A DNA stretch of 64,000 nucleotides, from contig OY969695.1 in NCBI GenBank assembly GCA_963701965.1, positions 4,960,001-5,024,000 on the forward strand, given 5' to 3'. Made by a program: the position numbers and the translations under genes. This document shows, in pieces, positions 44,019 to 58,345 of the stretch; within the stretch, counting starts at the first letter, position 1; each line of letters opens with the position of its first letter. Origin of the DNA: an uncultured Gemmatimonadales bacterium. Its GTDB lineage: Bacteria > Gemmatimonadota > Gemmatimonadetes > Gemmatimonadales > Gemmatimonadaceae. The notes beneath the pieces were generated by a model that was given only the letters and a program-made list of their open reading frames with translations, searched no databases and was not told where the DNA came from.

Positions 44019-44036
44019 TCGTGAAACTTTTCACAA
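44019..44036. promoter_or_regulatory. Rex-like operator
   Basis: TCGTGAA-ACTT-TTCACAA, one mismatch to TTGTGAA-N4-TTCACAA, just downstream of the nuo promoter. Confidence 0.8.
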
Positions 44037-44070
44037 GATCCGTAACACACCGAAACACACACCGGAGTCT

Positions 44071-44475
44071 ATGGCGAGCTCGTTCTTTCCGGTGCTCCTT
44101 TTGATCGGCTTTGTCGTTGCCAATGCGGCGGCGATGATCGGTCTGTCCCACCTGTCGCTACGCCTGCGACCGACGGCCGAGAAGGACACCGCTTACGAGT
44201 CGGGGATTCCCCCGCTCGGCGACGCCCGGGAGCGGTTTTCCGTCAAGTTTTATATGGTGGCGATGCTGTTCATCGTCTTTGACATCGAGACGGTGTTCAT
44301 GATCCCGTGGGGCGTCGCCTACCGCCAGCTCTCGTGCGACACTGCGCTCGCCGGCGGCGTGTGCCCCATCGGCCACCTCACATTCTTTGGGCTCGGTGAG
44401 ATGCTGGTCTTCATGGCGATTCTCCTCGCCGGCCTCGCCTACGTGTGGAAGAAGGGCGCTCTCCAATGGGATTGA
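44071..44475 (+). CDS. nuoA: NADH-quinone oxidoreductase subunit A
   Basis: [26 protein letters not shown]. Confidence 0.96.
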   Translation: MASSFFPVLLLIGFVVANAAAMIGLSHLSLRLRPTAEKDTAYESGIPPLGDARERFSVKFYMVAMLFIVFDIETVFMIPWGVAYRQLSCDTALAGGVCPIGHLTFFGLGEMLVFMAILLAGLAYVWKKGALQWD

Positions 44476-45071
44476 CTGTCTCCTACGCTCCCGAAAGCCA
44501 AGAAAGCTGGATCACGACAAAGCTCGACTTTCTGGTGAACTGGGGCCGCGCGAACTCACTATGGCCGATGCCGTTCGGCACCGCCTGCTGCGCCATTGAG
44601 TTCATGGCCACTGCCGCCAGCCGCTTTGACTTGGCCCGGTTCGGCATGGAACGCATGAGCTTTTCACCGCGGCAGGCCGACGTCCTGATCTGCGCGGGGC
44701 GCGTGCCATTCAAGCTGGCGCCGGTGATCCGCCGTATCTGGCAGCAGATGCCGCAGCCCAAGTGGTGCATCTCGATGGGCGCTTGCGCGTCCTCCGGCGG
44801 CATGTTCGACAACTATGCCGTGGTGCAGGGGATCGACACCATCATCCCCGTCGACGTCTACGTGCCGGGTTGTCCGCCGCGTCCCGAGGGGTTGCTCTAC
44901 GGCATTCGCATGCTGCAGCAAAAGGTCATGCGCGAGCGGATGGCCGATACCACGATCCGGACCGAGATGGAACCCGATCCCACCAGTCGCCTCTACATCC
45001 CGGCGCCAACGATCGACGAGCTGTCGGAGCCGTTCGGGAACTCCGTCAACCAAACGCGGTCCGGGTCGTGA
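44466..45071 (+). CDS. nuoB: NADH-quinone oxidoreductase subunit B
   Basis: [30 protein letters not shown]. Confidence 0.97.
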   Translation: MGLTVSYAPESQESWITTKLDFLVNWGRANSLWPMPFGTACCAIEFMATAASRFDLARFGMERMSFSPRQADVLICAGRVPFKLAPVIRRIWQQMPQPKWCISMGACASSGGMFDNYAVVQGIDTIIPVDVYVPGCPPRPEGLLYGIRMLQQKVMRERMADTTIRTEMEPDPTSRLYIPAPTIDELSEPFGNSVNQTRSGS

Positions 45072-45775
45072 GCGCGCCAAACGGGCAGGGGGTCGTGTAC
45101 CCGGGGACGGCTGCATCCAACGCGCCGGCTCCGGCAACGCTACGGCGCGTCGCCCACCGGGGCGGGGAGCCAAACCCCAGCGCCGCGGCGCTGGCCGGCA
45201 AGTTTCCGGACGCCGTGCGGCGCAGCCACGTCGTCTGGGGCGAGACGACGGTGTACGTCGACGGCAGTCGCCTCCTCGACATCGTCCGGTGGCTCCACGA
45301 CGATCCGACGCAGCAGTACGACTACCTCTGCGACGTGACCGCGGTGGAGTATCGTGACCCCGAAGTGCCGCTGGAGGTCGTGTGGCACCTGCGCTCCCTC
45401 CCGTTCCGCCGCTTTCTCCGGCTCAAGGTCGAGCTCGAGAAGACCGGGACACTCGAAGTCGAGAGCGTCTGGTCCGTCTACAAAGCGGCGGATTGGATGG
45501 AGCGGGAATGCTACGACATGTTCGGCATCGGGTTTCGGGGTCATCCCGATCTGCGCCGCATTTTGATGTGGGAGCAATATCGGGAAGGATTCCCGCTGCG
45601 GAAGGACTTCCCGCTGCGGGGTCGCTTCAGCCGCGCCGAGCAGTTGCGCCAGGCATTGGCCGCCAATCCCGAGGCGCGGTACTCCATGGATGAGTTGTCG
45701 ATCGCCGACGCGTTCGAGGACCTGCCGCAGGAGATGCGGCAGCGTCTGCACCGCGGCGAGTCGACGGGAGAATAG
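45068..45775 (+). CDS. nuoC: NADH-quinone oxidoreductase subunit C
   Basis: [28 protein letters not shown]. Confidence 0.96.
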   Translation: MSAPNGQGVVYPGTAASNAPAPATLRRVAHRGGEPNPSAAALAGKFPDAVRRSHVVWGETTVYVDGSRLLDIVRWLHDDPTQQYDYLCDVTAVEYRDPEVPLEVVWHLRSLPFRRFLRLKVELEKTGTLEVESVWSVYKAADWMERECYDMFGIGFRGHPDLRRILMWEQYREGFPLRKDFPLRGRFSRAEQLRQALAANPEARYSMDELSIADAFEDLPQEMRQRLHRGESTGE

Positions 45776-45776
45776 C

Positions 45777-47044
45777 ATGGCCAGCACGCGGACCGTCGAG
45801 GTCGCGCTGTCGACCAGCGGGCTCGATGCCCAGGGACGTCCGATCACGGCGCCCTTGGCGCTCGAGCCCGACTTCGATGGCGATCACATGCTGATCAACA
45901 TCGGACCGCAACACCCGGCGACGCACGGCGTGCTGCGCCTGGTCTTGGAATTGGACGGCGAGACCGTGGTGCGCTGCATTCCGCACATCGGCTACTTGCA
46001 CTGCGGATTCGAGAAGATCGGCGAGTATCGCCAGTACAACCAGATCATTCCCTGGACCGATCGCGAGGACTATCTCAACTCGATCGGCAACAACATCGCG
46101 TTCGCGCTCGGCGCCGAACGACTGTTCGGCATCGACATCACCGAGCGGTGCACGGTGCTGCGCGTGATCGCGATGGAGCTGTCGCGGATCATCTCCGCAT
46201 CTCGTCTGGCTGGGCACGACGTGCATCGACATTCGGGGCGTTCACGCCGTTTCTCTGGGCGTTCCAGGAGCGCGAGCGCGTCTATGATCTGCTGGAGCGC
46301 TGGGTCGGCGCCCGCCTCACGACGTCGGCCTCGCGCGTGGGCGGGATGTTGGCGGATATTCCCGACGGGTGGACCGCGGCGCTCGACGGCTTCATCAAGA
46401 CGTTCCCGAAGACCATCGAGCAAGTCGACCGGATGCTCACCAAGAATGCCATCTGGGTCGGTCGCACGGTGGGCCTTGGCGTCATGAGCCCCGAGGACGC
46501 CGTGAACTACGGGCTCTCGGGTCCGATGCTGCGGGCCTCTGGTGTCGCCTATGACGTCAGGAAAGACTTCCCGTATCTCGACTACGAGACGTACGACTTC
46601 GACGTCGCGGTGGGAACCCATGGCGACGTCTATGATCGCTATCTGGTCCGGATGGAGGAGCTGCGCCAGTCGGTGCGGATCCTGGAGCAGGCGCTGGCCC
46701 GGTTGCCCGCCGGTCCGGTGAACGTCGACGACGCCCGCGTGATCCTGCCGGCCAAATCCAAGGCCACGAGCGAGATGGAGTCGATGATCCACCATTTCAA
46801 GCAAGTCATGGAAGGGCCGCGCCCGCCGATCGGGGAGTCGTACGTCATCGTCGAGAGCCCCAAGGGCGAGAAGGGCTACTATATGGTGTCCGATGGCACG
46901 GCCAAACCGGTGCGGTGGCGCATCCGTCCGCCGTCGTTCGTCAACCTGTCCGCGATCCCGAAAATGGTCGAAGGTCATCTCTTGTCCGATGTGATCGCGA
47001 TCAATGCCAGTATCGACATTGTCATGGGGGAGATCGATCGTTGA
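45777..47044 (+). CDS. nuoD: NADH-quinone oxidoreductase subunit D; two apparent 1-nt insertions (~46195, ~46232)
   Basis: GPQHPATHGVLRL, GPMLRASG, ESPKGE, DIVMGEIDR. The middle frame restores RIISHLVWLGTTCIDIGA. Confidence 0.95.
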
Positions 47045-47535
47045 GCGTCGAAGTCGCCTATGAACCGGTATTCGTCGGGGCCCGCCGCGCCGAGCTCGAT
47101 GAGATGCTCACGCGCTATCCGACGAAGATGGCGGCGCTGCTGCCGGCGCTCTGGATCGTTCAGGAGGATCGCGGCTGGGTCAGCGATGCCGCGATGGCGG
47201 AGGTGGCGGGGGTCCTCGATCTGACGCCAGCATATGTGAAGGGCGTCGTGACCTTCTACACGATGTACCACCAGCACCCCGTCGGGAAGTATTTCGTCCA
47301 GGTGTGCACGACGTCGCCCTGCAACGTCTGCGGCGCCGAGGATGTGGTGCGCGCGTTTCTCAAACACACGAAGTGCGGAGAGCTCGGCGTCACGTCGGCT
47401 GACGGACGCTTCACGGTGATTGAAGTGGAGTGTCTCGGCGCCTGCGGATTTGCCACCCCGGTCATGATCAATAGCGAATTCTTGGAGTCGGTCACGCCCG
47501 ACACCGTCCCGGCGATCGTCGCCGGGCACGCCTGA
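47041..47535 (+). CDS. nuoE: NADH-quinone oxidoreductase subunit E
   Basis: VTFYTMY, CTTSPC, ECLGAC. Confidence 0.96.
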   Translation: MSVEVAYEPVFVGARRAELDEMLTRYPTKMAALLPALWIVQEDRGWVSDAAMAEVAGVLDLTPAYVKGVVTFYTMYHQHPVGKYFVQVCTTSPCNVCGAEDVVRAFLKHTKCGELGVTSADGRFTVIEVECLGACGFATPVMINSEFLESVTPDTVPAIVAGHA

Positions 47536-47540
47536 TCGCC

Positions 47541-50385
<2,845 letters not shown>

Positions 50386-50393
<8 letters not shown>

Positions 50394-51675
50394 CTGGTTC
50401 GATCGCACGTTCTGCCCGGCCGGGCATCCGTACAGCGACCAGCTGCCGGTGCCGGACGCGGCGTTCTGGCATTTCCTGCCGATCGGCCTCGTGGCGATGA
50501 TCATCAAGATGTTGGTGGTCTTCACCGTCTACATGGTCGGCGTGGCGCTCCTGACGTTCGCCGAGCGCAAGATTTCGGCGTGGATCCAGGACCGGTTGGG
50601 CCCCAACCGGGTGCTCAAGGGCTGGGGCCAGCCGCTGGCCGACGGCGTCAAGAATTTCATGAAGGAAGAGACGCTGCCCAAGATCGTCAACAAGCCGCTG
50701 TTCATTCTGGCGCCGGCGCTGGCGTTCATCCCGGCGCTCATCGCCTGGGCCGTGATCCCGTTCGGCGCGCCGCTCCCCACGTGTTGGGGCCGGATCGATA
50801 TGGTGTTGGCGGACCTGCCGATCGGCTACCTCTACATCATCTCGATCAGCTCCCTCGGCGTATACGGCATCGTGCTCGCCGGCTGGGCGTCCAACAACAA
50901 GTACTCCCTGCTGGGCGGCCTCCGGTCCAGCGCCCAGATGATCTCCTACGAGATCCCGCTCGGCATGTCGGTGATCCCCGTGCTGATCCTGGCCGGCAAC
51001 GTCTCGCTGAGCGAGATCGTGCGGCAGCAGACCTGGGGCTGGAACGTGCTGACGCTCACGATCGGCTTCTTCATTTTCATGGTCTCCGCCTTCGCCGAGA
51101 CCAATCGCTTGCCGTTCGACCTGCCGGAAGCGGAGTCCGAGCTCATCGCCGGGTACCATACCGAGTACAGCGCGATGAAGTTCTCGCTGTTTTTCATCGC
51201 CGAGTACGCGAACATCGTCACGCAGAGCGCCCTCATGGCCACGCTCTATTTCGGCGGATGGTCGATGCCGGGCCTTGATGGGCCGCCGTGGACGGTGTGG
51301 AAAACGGTGCTGACAGTCGGCTTCTTCCTGGCCAAGGTCCTGTTCTTCCTATTCACGTTCATGTGGATTCGCTGGACGCTGCCGCGCTTCCGCTACGACC
51401 AGCTCATGTCGCTCGGCTGGAAGTATCTGCTGCCGCTGTCGCTCGCCTACGTCGTGATCATCGCCGCGGCCGTGCTCGGGCTGGGCTGGGTCGGGATCTC
51501 GCATGGGTGGCTGTTCAGCCTCGACCTGTTCGTGCTCAATATCGGACTCGTGATCATCCTGTTCGTCATCCTCGACCGCGGCCGGCTGGTCAGTCCGGCC
51601 AGCGCGCGCGTGCGGGCCGCCGAGTTGGCCCGCCTGCGCGCGCGAGCCCAGGTCGAGCGCGCAGTGGAGGTGTGA
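50386..51675 (+). CDS. nuoH: NADH-quinone oxidoreductase subunit H
   Basis: ERK..AWIQDRLGPNR, AQMISYE, ETNRLPFDLPEAESE, PRFRYDQ. Confidence 0.97.
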
Positions 51676-51676
51676 T

Positions 51677-52174
51677 ATGCCGATCGGAGTGAAGACGGTG
51701 GACCGGCCGGTCCAGGACGTGAGCTACGTGCGGGCGATGCTTTCCGGCATGAGCCTCACGTTCAAGCACATGATCAACCCGCACAAGGTGACGACGCAGT
51801 ATCCCGAAGTGCGGTCCACGCTCTCGCCCCGGTGGCGCGGCACGCACCGCATGCTGACGACCGAGACGGGGAAGGCCAAATGCGTGGCCTGCGGGTTGTG
51901 TCCGTCGGTCTGTCCCGCCAACTGCATCAAGCTCGTGCCGGGCGAGGACGAGCAGGGGAACCGGTATCCGTTGATTTTCGAGATCGACGAGTTCCGGTGC
52001 ATCTTCTGCGGGTACTGCCAGGAAGTGTGCCCCGAGGAGGCCATTCACATGGGGCGGCACTACGAGAATTCGGAATACGACCGCGAGGGATTCGTCTACG
52101 ACCTGGAACGCTTGATGGCGCAGACGCATCCCGTGTCCGAGCTGTGGGACCCCGCCGACCCCAAGGGGGAATGA
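51677..52174 (+). CDS. nuoI: NADH-quinone oxidoreductase subunit I
   Basis: Two CxxCxxCxxxCP motifs. Confidence 0.97.
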   Translation: MPIGVKTVDRPVQDVSYVRAMLSGMSLTFKHMINPHKVTTQYPEVRSTLSPRWRGTHRMLTTETGKAKCVACGLCPSVCPANCIKLVPGEDEQGNRYPLIFEIDEFRCIFCGYCQEVCPEEAIHMGRHYENSEYDREGFVYDLERLMAQTHPVSELWDPADPKGE

Positions 52175-52178
52175 CGGC

Positions 52179-52742
52179 GTGTACCAGCCAACGTCACTGC
52201 TCTACAGCTTCCACTTCTATCTGTTCGGCCTGATCGCGATCGCCTCGGCGATCACGTTCGTCACGCGGAAGAGTCCCGTGGCGGCCGCGCTGTGGCTCGT
52301 CAACACCATGTTCTGTCTGGCGGCGCTCTTCGTTCTGCTCGACGCGCCGTTCATCGGCGCCGTGCAAGTCCTGGTCTACGCCGGCGCGATCATGGTGGTG
52401 TTCCTGTTCGTGATCATGCTGCTCAACCTGGGCACCGTGTTTCATAGCGACGCCCGCGGGCTGCTCGCCAAGGCGGCGGCGGCCGGTCTGGGCCTGGCCT
52501 TGATCGCGCAATTGGCCGCGGTCCGGAAGACGGAACCCGTCCCCGCGATCGCGTTCGCGCCGGACTCGCTCTCGATCGTGCAGCACGCGCAAGGCGCGGT
52601 GCCGCCGATCGCCGCGCCCCTGTTCAATCAATATCTCCTGGCGTTCGAGGTCACCAGCGTGCTCTTGCTCGTGGCCATCGCCGGCGCGGTCATCATCGGG
52701 CGGCGCCGCGATGAGTTTCTCGGAGGATCCGGTGCTCGCTGA
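52179..52742 (+). CDS. nuoJ: NADH-quinone oxidoreductase subunit J
   Basis: [30 protein letters not shown]. Confidence 0.96.
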   Translation: MYQPTSLLYSFHFYLFGLIAIASAITFVTRKSPVAAALWLVNTMFCLAALFVLLDAPFIGAVQVLVYAGAIMVVFLFVIMLLNLGTVFHSDARGLLAKAAAAGLGLALIAQLAAVRKTEPVPAIAFAPDSLSIVQHAQGAVPPIAAPLFNQYLLAFEVTSVLLLVAIAGAVIIGRRRDEFLGGSGAR

Positions 52743-53025
52743 ATCGCTCGTCATCTCCGCCGCCCTGTTCGTCATCGGCGTCGTCGGGGTGCTCACGCGG
52801 CGTAACGTCATCATCGTGTTCATGTGCGTGGAGCTCATGCTCAACGCCGTCAACCTGACGTTCGTCGCCTTTTCGCGATACTACGGATTTGCCGGGCAGG
52901 TGTTCGTCATCTTCGTCATGACCGTCGCCGCCGCCGAGGCGGCCGTCGGCCTGGCGATCGTCATCGCCAACTATCGACACCGGCAGACGATCGACCTCGA
53001 GAACATCAACCTGCTCCGCGGCTGA
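52732..53025 (+). CDS. nuoK: NADH-quinone oxidoreductase subunit K
   Basis: [21 protein letters not shown]. Confidence 0.96.
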   Translation: MLAESLVISAALFVIGVVGVLTRRNVIIVFMCVELMLNAVNLTFVAFSRYYGFAGQVFVIFVMTVAAAEAAVGLAIVIANYRHRQTIDLENINLLRG

Positions 53026-55143
53026 TGCCACACCCGCTCGCTGGAACCATCGCCGAGTACGTCTGGGCGGTCCCGCTCCTCCCGCTGCTCGGTTTTGTCA
53101 TCAACGGCCTGCTGTCCCTCTTCACCGCCGGCCACCCCGGTCCCGCCGACCCGTCGTCGGGACACGATGCCCACGACGCCGCCCACGACGCCGCCCACGA
53201 CGACCACGCGGCCGCACCGTCGCGGCCCCGCTTTGGGGGATTGGTCAGTTTTGTAGGCCCCGCGGTGCTCGTGCTGGCGTTTGGATTAGGGCTGGCGATT
53301 TTCATGGCGGTGCTGGGCGCCAGCCCGGCCACGCCGTTCGTCCAGACCTACTACCCGTGGATGCCGGTCGGCGACCTCCAGGTCAACGCCGCGTTCCAGG
53401 TCGACCAGCTGTCGATCCTGATGGTGCTGGTGATCACGGGCGTGGGAACGCTGATCCACCTCTTCAGTGTCGGCTACATGCGCGAAGACCCGGGCTACGC
53501 CCGCTACTTCGCGTACCTGAACTTGTTCGTGTTCTTCATGCTCGTCCTGGTGCTCGGCGCCAACTACCCGATCCTCTTCATCGGGTGGGAGGGCGTGGGC
53601 CTCTGCTCGTATCTCTTGATCGGTTTCTGGTTCTCCGTCGAGGCCAACGCCGACGCCGGCAAGAAAGCGTTCATCGTCAACCGCATCGGCGATTTCGGCC
53701 TCTTGCTGGCGATGTTCATGCTGTTCGCGAACCTGGGCTCGCTGGATTTCACCAACGTCTTCGCCAACGCGACGAGCTTGGGCGCGAACTCGCCGTTGGC
53801 CACGACGATCTGCCTGTTCTTGTTCCTGGGGTGCGTCGGCAAGAGCGCCCAGATCCCGCTCTACGTGTGGCTACCGGACGCGATGGCCGGCCCGACGCCG
53901 GTGTCGGCCCTCATCCATGCCGCGACGATGGTGACCGCCGGCGTCTATCTCATCGCCCGCAGCTCCGCGCTGTTCGCGATGGCGCCGGCCGCCAGCCTCA
54001 CAGTCTGCGTGGTCGGCGGTGTGACCGCCCTGTTCGCCGCCACGATCGGCCTCAAGCAATGGGACATCAAGAAGGTCCTGGCCTACTCCACGATATCCCA
54101 ACTCGGCTACATGTTCGTCGGCGTCGGCGCCAGCGCCTACGTAGCCGGCATGTTCCACCTCGTCACCCACGCGTTCTTCAAGGCGCTGCTGTTCCTCGGC
54201 GCCGGCTCCGTGATCTACGCGATGCACGCCGCCTACCACGCCACGCACAACCACGACGACGCCCAGGATATGCGCAACATGGGCGGCCTCCGGCATGCCA
54301 TGCCGTGGACGTGGGCGCTCATGTGGATCGCGACGCTCGCTATCTGCGGGATTCCGCCTTTCGCCGGGTTCAGTCTCCAAGGACCAGATCCTGGGCACCG
54401 TGTTCGAGCGCGCCCAGGGATCCGCCTCGCGGACGCGCATTGGCTCGGTATCCCGGGCCGCATCGTGCTTGTACGCCGTCTACGCCATGGCACTCATCGC
54501 GGCGCTGCTGACGGCGATCTACATGACCCGTCTCATGCTCTACACGTTCCATGGCAAGAACCGGACAGGGGAAGCGGAACGCGCCCACCTGCGGGAAGCG
54601 CCGTGGATCATGACCGGCCCGCTCGCGGTGCTCGGGCTCTTGAGTCTCTTCGGTGGTTTCCTGAACGTGCCGTCGTTCATCCCGGCGGAACTCCTGCCCA
54701 CGGGCAAGCTGGCCGAGTGGCTCGGTCCCGTCGTCGGGCCGTCCAGCGAGTCCGACCCGTCGACCGCCCTCATCCTCGCTGTCGTCGCGGTCGCGATCGG
54801 CGTCATCGGGATCGGCATCGCCGTGGCCCGCTGCAAACCCGATCTCCTCGGACTGCCGGCGACCACTCCCGAGCGGCCGATCGAACGCCTCCTCGAGCAC
54901 AAATACTACGTCGATGAGATCTACGACCGGATCATTGTCCGGCCGTTGGTGTGGCTGTCGCGCACCGTGCTGTGGAAAGGCGTCGACGGCTTGATCGATG
55001 GGACGGTCAACTTCGCGGGGTGGATCTGGCGCGGGCTTGGGGCCGCCGGCTCGGCGATCCAGTCCGGACAGGTCGGCACCTATGCCTGGGTGCTCGTCGC
55101 CGGCGTGCTCGCCGTCATCGGCGTCTTCTCATTGAACTACTGA
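53025..55143 (+). CDS. nuoL: NADH-quinone oxidoreductase subunit L; apparent indels at ~54373, ~54425, ~54470
   Basis: GWEGVG, NRIGD, KSAQ.PL.VWLPDAMAGPTPVSALIHAATMV, HAFFKALLFL; C-terminal part in ORF 54295..55143. Confidence 0.95.
53169..53204 (+). repeat. 12-bp tandem repeat x3 in nuoL (AHDA)
   Basis: gcccacgacgcc gcccacgacgcc gcccacgacgac. Confidence 0.85.
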
Positions 55144-55156
55144 GGCTCGGTAGCCT

Positions 55157-56797
55157 GTGACGAACTGGATCCTGCCCGCACTACTGCTCGTTCCGCTCGC
55201 GGGCGCGCTGGTCATCTTGCTCGGCACCGCGCGCGATCCGGGCGGCGATGCCGCGCGCGGGTTCGCCCGATGGACTGCCTTGTTGACGCTGGTCGTCGAG
55301 TTTCTGCTCTCGGTTACCCTGTGGACCGGCTTGCCGGGAGTCTTCGGGGGATTCGACGCCACGAACTCGGGCTGGCAGTTCTCGTACTCGGTCTCTTGGA
55401 TCCCGACCTGGGGCATCTCGTTCTCGTTAGGTCTCGATGGCGTCGCGCTGGTGATGGTGCTCCTCACGACCTTCATCATGCCGTTGGCGATCCTCGGCAG
55501 CTGGACGAGCATTCGCGACAAGGCGCCGGCCTACTACTCCCTCATGCTCGTGCTGACCATGGGGATGCTCGGCGTATTCATGGCGCTCGACTTGTTCTTG
55601 TTCTACCTCATGTGGGAGACCATGCTGGTGCCGATGTACTTCATCATCGGCATCTGGGGCGGGGAACGCCGCATGTACGCCAGCATCAAGTTCTTTATCT
55701 ACACGATGCTCGGCTCCCTCCTCATGCTGGTGGGCATCCTGTACATCGGGTTCCACGCCTGGGAGCACGGCGGCCTCTTCTCAATGTTCTCGGCCCCGCA
55801 GGCGCCGAGCTTCGCCTTCGATGACGTGGCGCGCTCGCTGTCGGGGGCGTCGCCCAATCAGCTGGGACCCGTCGCCATCCGATGGCTGTTCGGCGCGTTC
55901 TTCCTGGCGTTCGCCATCAAAGTGCCCATGTTCCCGTTTCACACCTGGCTTCCCGATGCCCACGTCGAGGCACCGACGGCCGGTTCAGTGATTCTGGCCG
56001 GCCTCATGCTGAAGATGGGCACGTTCGGATTCATTCGGCTCGCCATGCCGCTCTTTCCTGGTGCCGCCCTCGATCCCACGATCCGCGGCATCATTCTCGC
56101 GCTGGCGGTCGTCGGCATTGTGTACGGCGCCCTGGTGGCGCTGGTGCAGCCCGACTTCAAGAAACTCGTGGCGTACTCCTCGGTCAGCCACTTGGGATTC
56201 GTGATGTTGGGTCTCTTCGCGCTCACGCTCCAGAGCGTGCAGGGCGCGATCCTGGTCATGATCAATCACGGAATCTCGACCGGCGCGCTCTTCTTGTTGA
56301 TCGGGTTCATCTACGAGCGCAAGCACTCGCGGCTCATCAGTGCCTACGGGGGAATTGCCCGCGCCGTCCCGCTCTTCGCCGCCGCGCTGACGTTCGTGTC
56401 GCTCTCCAGTATCGGCTTGCCGGGACTCAATGGATTCGTCGGCGAGTTCCTGGTGCTCCTCGGCGCGTTCCGCACCGAACCGTGGCTGGTGTTGATCGCC
56501 ACGACGGGTGTGATCTTCGCCGCCGCCTACCTGCTATGGGCCATCCAGCGGATCTTGTTCAATCCGCTGGACAAGCCCGAGAACGCGCGCCTGCTCGATC
56601 TCAATTGGCGTGAGATCGGGACGCTCGTGCCGCTGGTGGTCGTCATCATCTGGCTCGGCGTCTATCCGGCGCCGATCCTGCGCTTGACCGAAGGGTCGGC
56701 GGCGCGGTTCGTCAACACGGTCTCCCGCGGGGCCGCCAAGGGCACCCTCGGGCCGATGCCCATCCGGGCGGCGCTCCAACAACGGGTCCGGCGATGA
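55157..56797 (+). CDS. nuoM: NADH-quinone oxidoreductase subunit M
   Basis: KVPMFPFHTWLPDAHVEAP, AYSSVSHLG, GFVGEF. Confidence 0.97.
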   Translation: MTNWILPALLLVPLAGALVILLGTARDPGGDAARGFARWTALLTLVVEFLLSVTLWTGLPGVFGGFDATNSGWQFSYSVSWIPTWGISFSLGLDGVALVMVLLTTFIMPLAILGSWTSIRDKAPAYYSLMLVLTMGMLGVFMALDLFLFYLMWETMLVPMYFIIGIWGGERRMYASIKFFIYTMLGSLLMLVGILYIGFHAWEHGGLFSMFSAPQAPSFAFDDVARSLSGASPNQLGPVAIRWLFGAFFLAFAIKVPMFPFHTWLPDAHVEAPTAGSVILAGLMLKMGTFGFIRLAMPLFPGAALDPTIRGIILALAVVGIVYGALVALVQPDFKKLVAYSSVSHLGFVMLGLFALTLQSVQGAILVMINHGISTGALFLLIGFIYERKHSRLISAYGGIARAVPLFAAALTFVSLSSIGLPGLNGFVGEFLVLLGAFRTEPWLVLIATTGVIFAAAYLLWAIQRILFNPLDKPENARLLDLNWREIGTLVPLVVVIIWLGVYPAPILRLTEGSAARFVNTVSRGAAKGTLGPMPIRAALQQRVRR

Positions 56798-58335
56798 AAT
56801 TCGACCTGTCGCACCCAACCGAGCTGATGGCGGCGCTCGGGCCGGACCTCATCCTCGTCGTTGGCGCCACGCTGCTCCTGATCCGCGCCGCCTGGCGCAC
56901 GGAGAGCGACGCGCATCAACGGTCCGTGGGCACGTGGTCCCTCTGGGTGCTGCTGGCGACCATGGCGGCCACGATCGCGTACTGGAGCTTCGGCTGGTCC
57001 GCGGCGCCGGGCGTGATCGCCGTCGATGCGTTCCGGTGGGCCAGTGACATGATTGTGCTCATCGGCGCGTTCTGCACGATCGCGCTCAGCATGGACTACA
57101 ACGCCCGGGAAGGGATCACGGTCGCCGAGTCGCACGTGCTCGTGCTCTTCGCCACCAGCGGCATGATGTTGCTGGCCGCCGCCCGCGATCTCATGATCGT
57201 GTTCCTCGGCATCGAGCTCATGTCGATTGCCGTGTACATCCTGGCCGGACTCAATCGCCGCAGCGCCAAGTCGGCGGAAGGCTCCCTCAAGTATTTCCTG
57301 CTGGGCGCCTTCTCGACGGCGTTTCTGCTGTACGGCATCGCGTTCCTCTATGGCGCGACCGGGGCGACGGACCTGGCGACGATCTACAGCCGGATCAACC
57401 AATACAACCTGTTTGGCGAGCCGATCCTGCTCATCGGCATCGCGTTGCTGGTGATCGGGTTCGGGTTCAAGATCGCGGCCGTGCCGTTCCACATGTGGGC
57501 GCCCGATGTCTACGAAGGCGCGCCTACGCCGATCACCGCGTACATGGCGGTCGCGGTGAAAGCGGCGGCCTTCGCGGCCTTCCTGCGGGTGTGGATCGAA
57601 GCGTTTCCCTATCTGGGCCCCTCCCGCGGTTTGTTCTACTACTGGCACAACGCCGTGTGGGGCTTGGCCGTGGCGACGATGATCGTGGGCAACGTCCTGG
57701 CGCTCGTCCAACGCAACATCAAGCGTATGCTGGCGTATTCGAGCATCGCGCACGCGGGCTACGTGCTGGCCGCCCTCGTCGCCGCCGACAGCTTCGGCGC
57801 CTCGGCGTACGTGTTCTATCTCCTGGCGTACACGCTGGCGACGATGGGCGCGTTCGCCGTCGTCATCGCCCTCGGCAACACCGGCGAGGCGCATCTGGAC
57901 CTGGACGACTACGCCGGTCTGTGGCGGGCGCGTCCGGGCCTGGCGTTGGCCATGAGCGTGTTCATGCTGGCGTTGCTGGGCTTCCCGGTCTTCGGCGGCA
58001 TCGGATTCCTCGCCAAGTGGTACGTGCTGGAGGCAACCCTGCGCTCGCCGGCGCTCCCGCAAGTGATGCTGTCGACGGTGATTGTCCTCACCAGCGTCAT
58101 CTCGGCGGGATACTATCTGCGCGTGGTCCAGATCATGTTCATGCGCCCACGGCCAGAACAGCCGCCGGCGAGCGCCAGGCCCGGGATGCTGACCGAGGCC
58201 GTCGTCTACGGCTCCGTCGTGCTCGTGCTCGTGCTCGGCCTCTTGCCCTATCAGCTGATCCGCCTCACGGAACGCAGCGTCCCGCAGGCGCAGGTCGTCG
58301 CCACGCCGGCCGCCCCACCCGTCGCCACGCCATGA
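56794..58335 (+). CDS. nuoN: NADH-quinone oxidoreductase subunit N
   Basis: EGSLKYF, FKIAAVPFHMWAPDVYEGAP, KRMLAYSSIAHAGY. Confidence 0.97.
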   Translation: MKFDLSHPTELMAALGPDLILVVGATLLLIRAAWRTESDAHQRSVGTWSLWVLLATMAATIAYWSFGWSAAPGVIAVDAFRWASDMIVLIGAFCTIALSMDYNAREGITVAESHVLVLFATSGMMLLAAARDLMIVFLGIELMSIAVYILAGLNRRSAKSAEGSLKYFLLGAFSTAFLLYGIAFLYGATGATDLATIYSRINQYNLFGEPILLIGIALLVIGFGFKIAAVPFHMWAPDVYEGAPTPITAYMAVAVKAAAFAAFLRVWIEAFPYLGPSRGLFYYWHNAVWGLAVATMIVGNVLALVQRNIKRMLAYSSIAHAGYVLAALVAADSFGASAYVFYLLAYTLATMGAFAVVIALGNTGEAHLDLDDYAGLWRARPGLALAMSVFMLALLGFPVFGGIGFLAKWYVLEATLRSPALPQVMLSTVIVLTSVISAGYYLRVVQIMFMRPRPEQPPASARPGMLTEAVVYGSVVLVLVLGLLPYQLIRLTERSVPQAQVVATPAAPPVATP

Positions 58336-58345
58336 CGGAGTCGAC

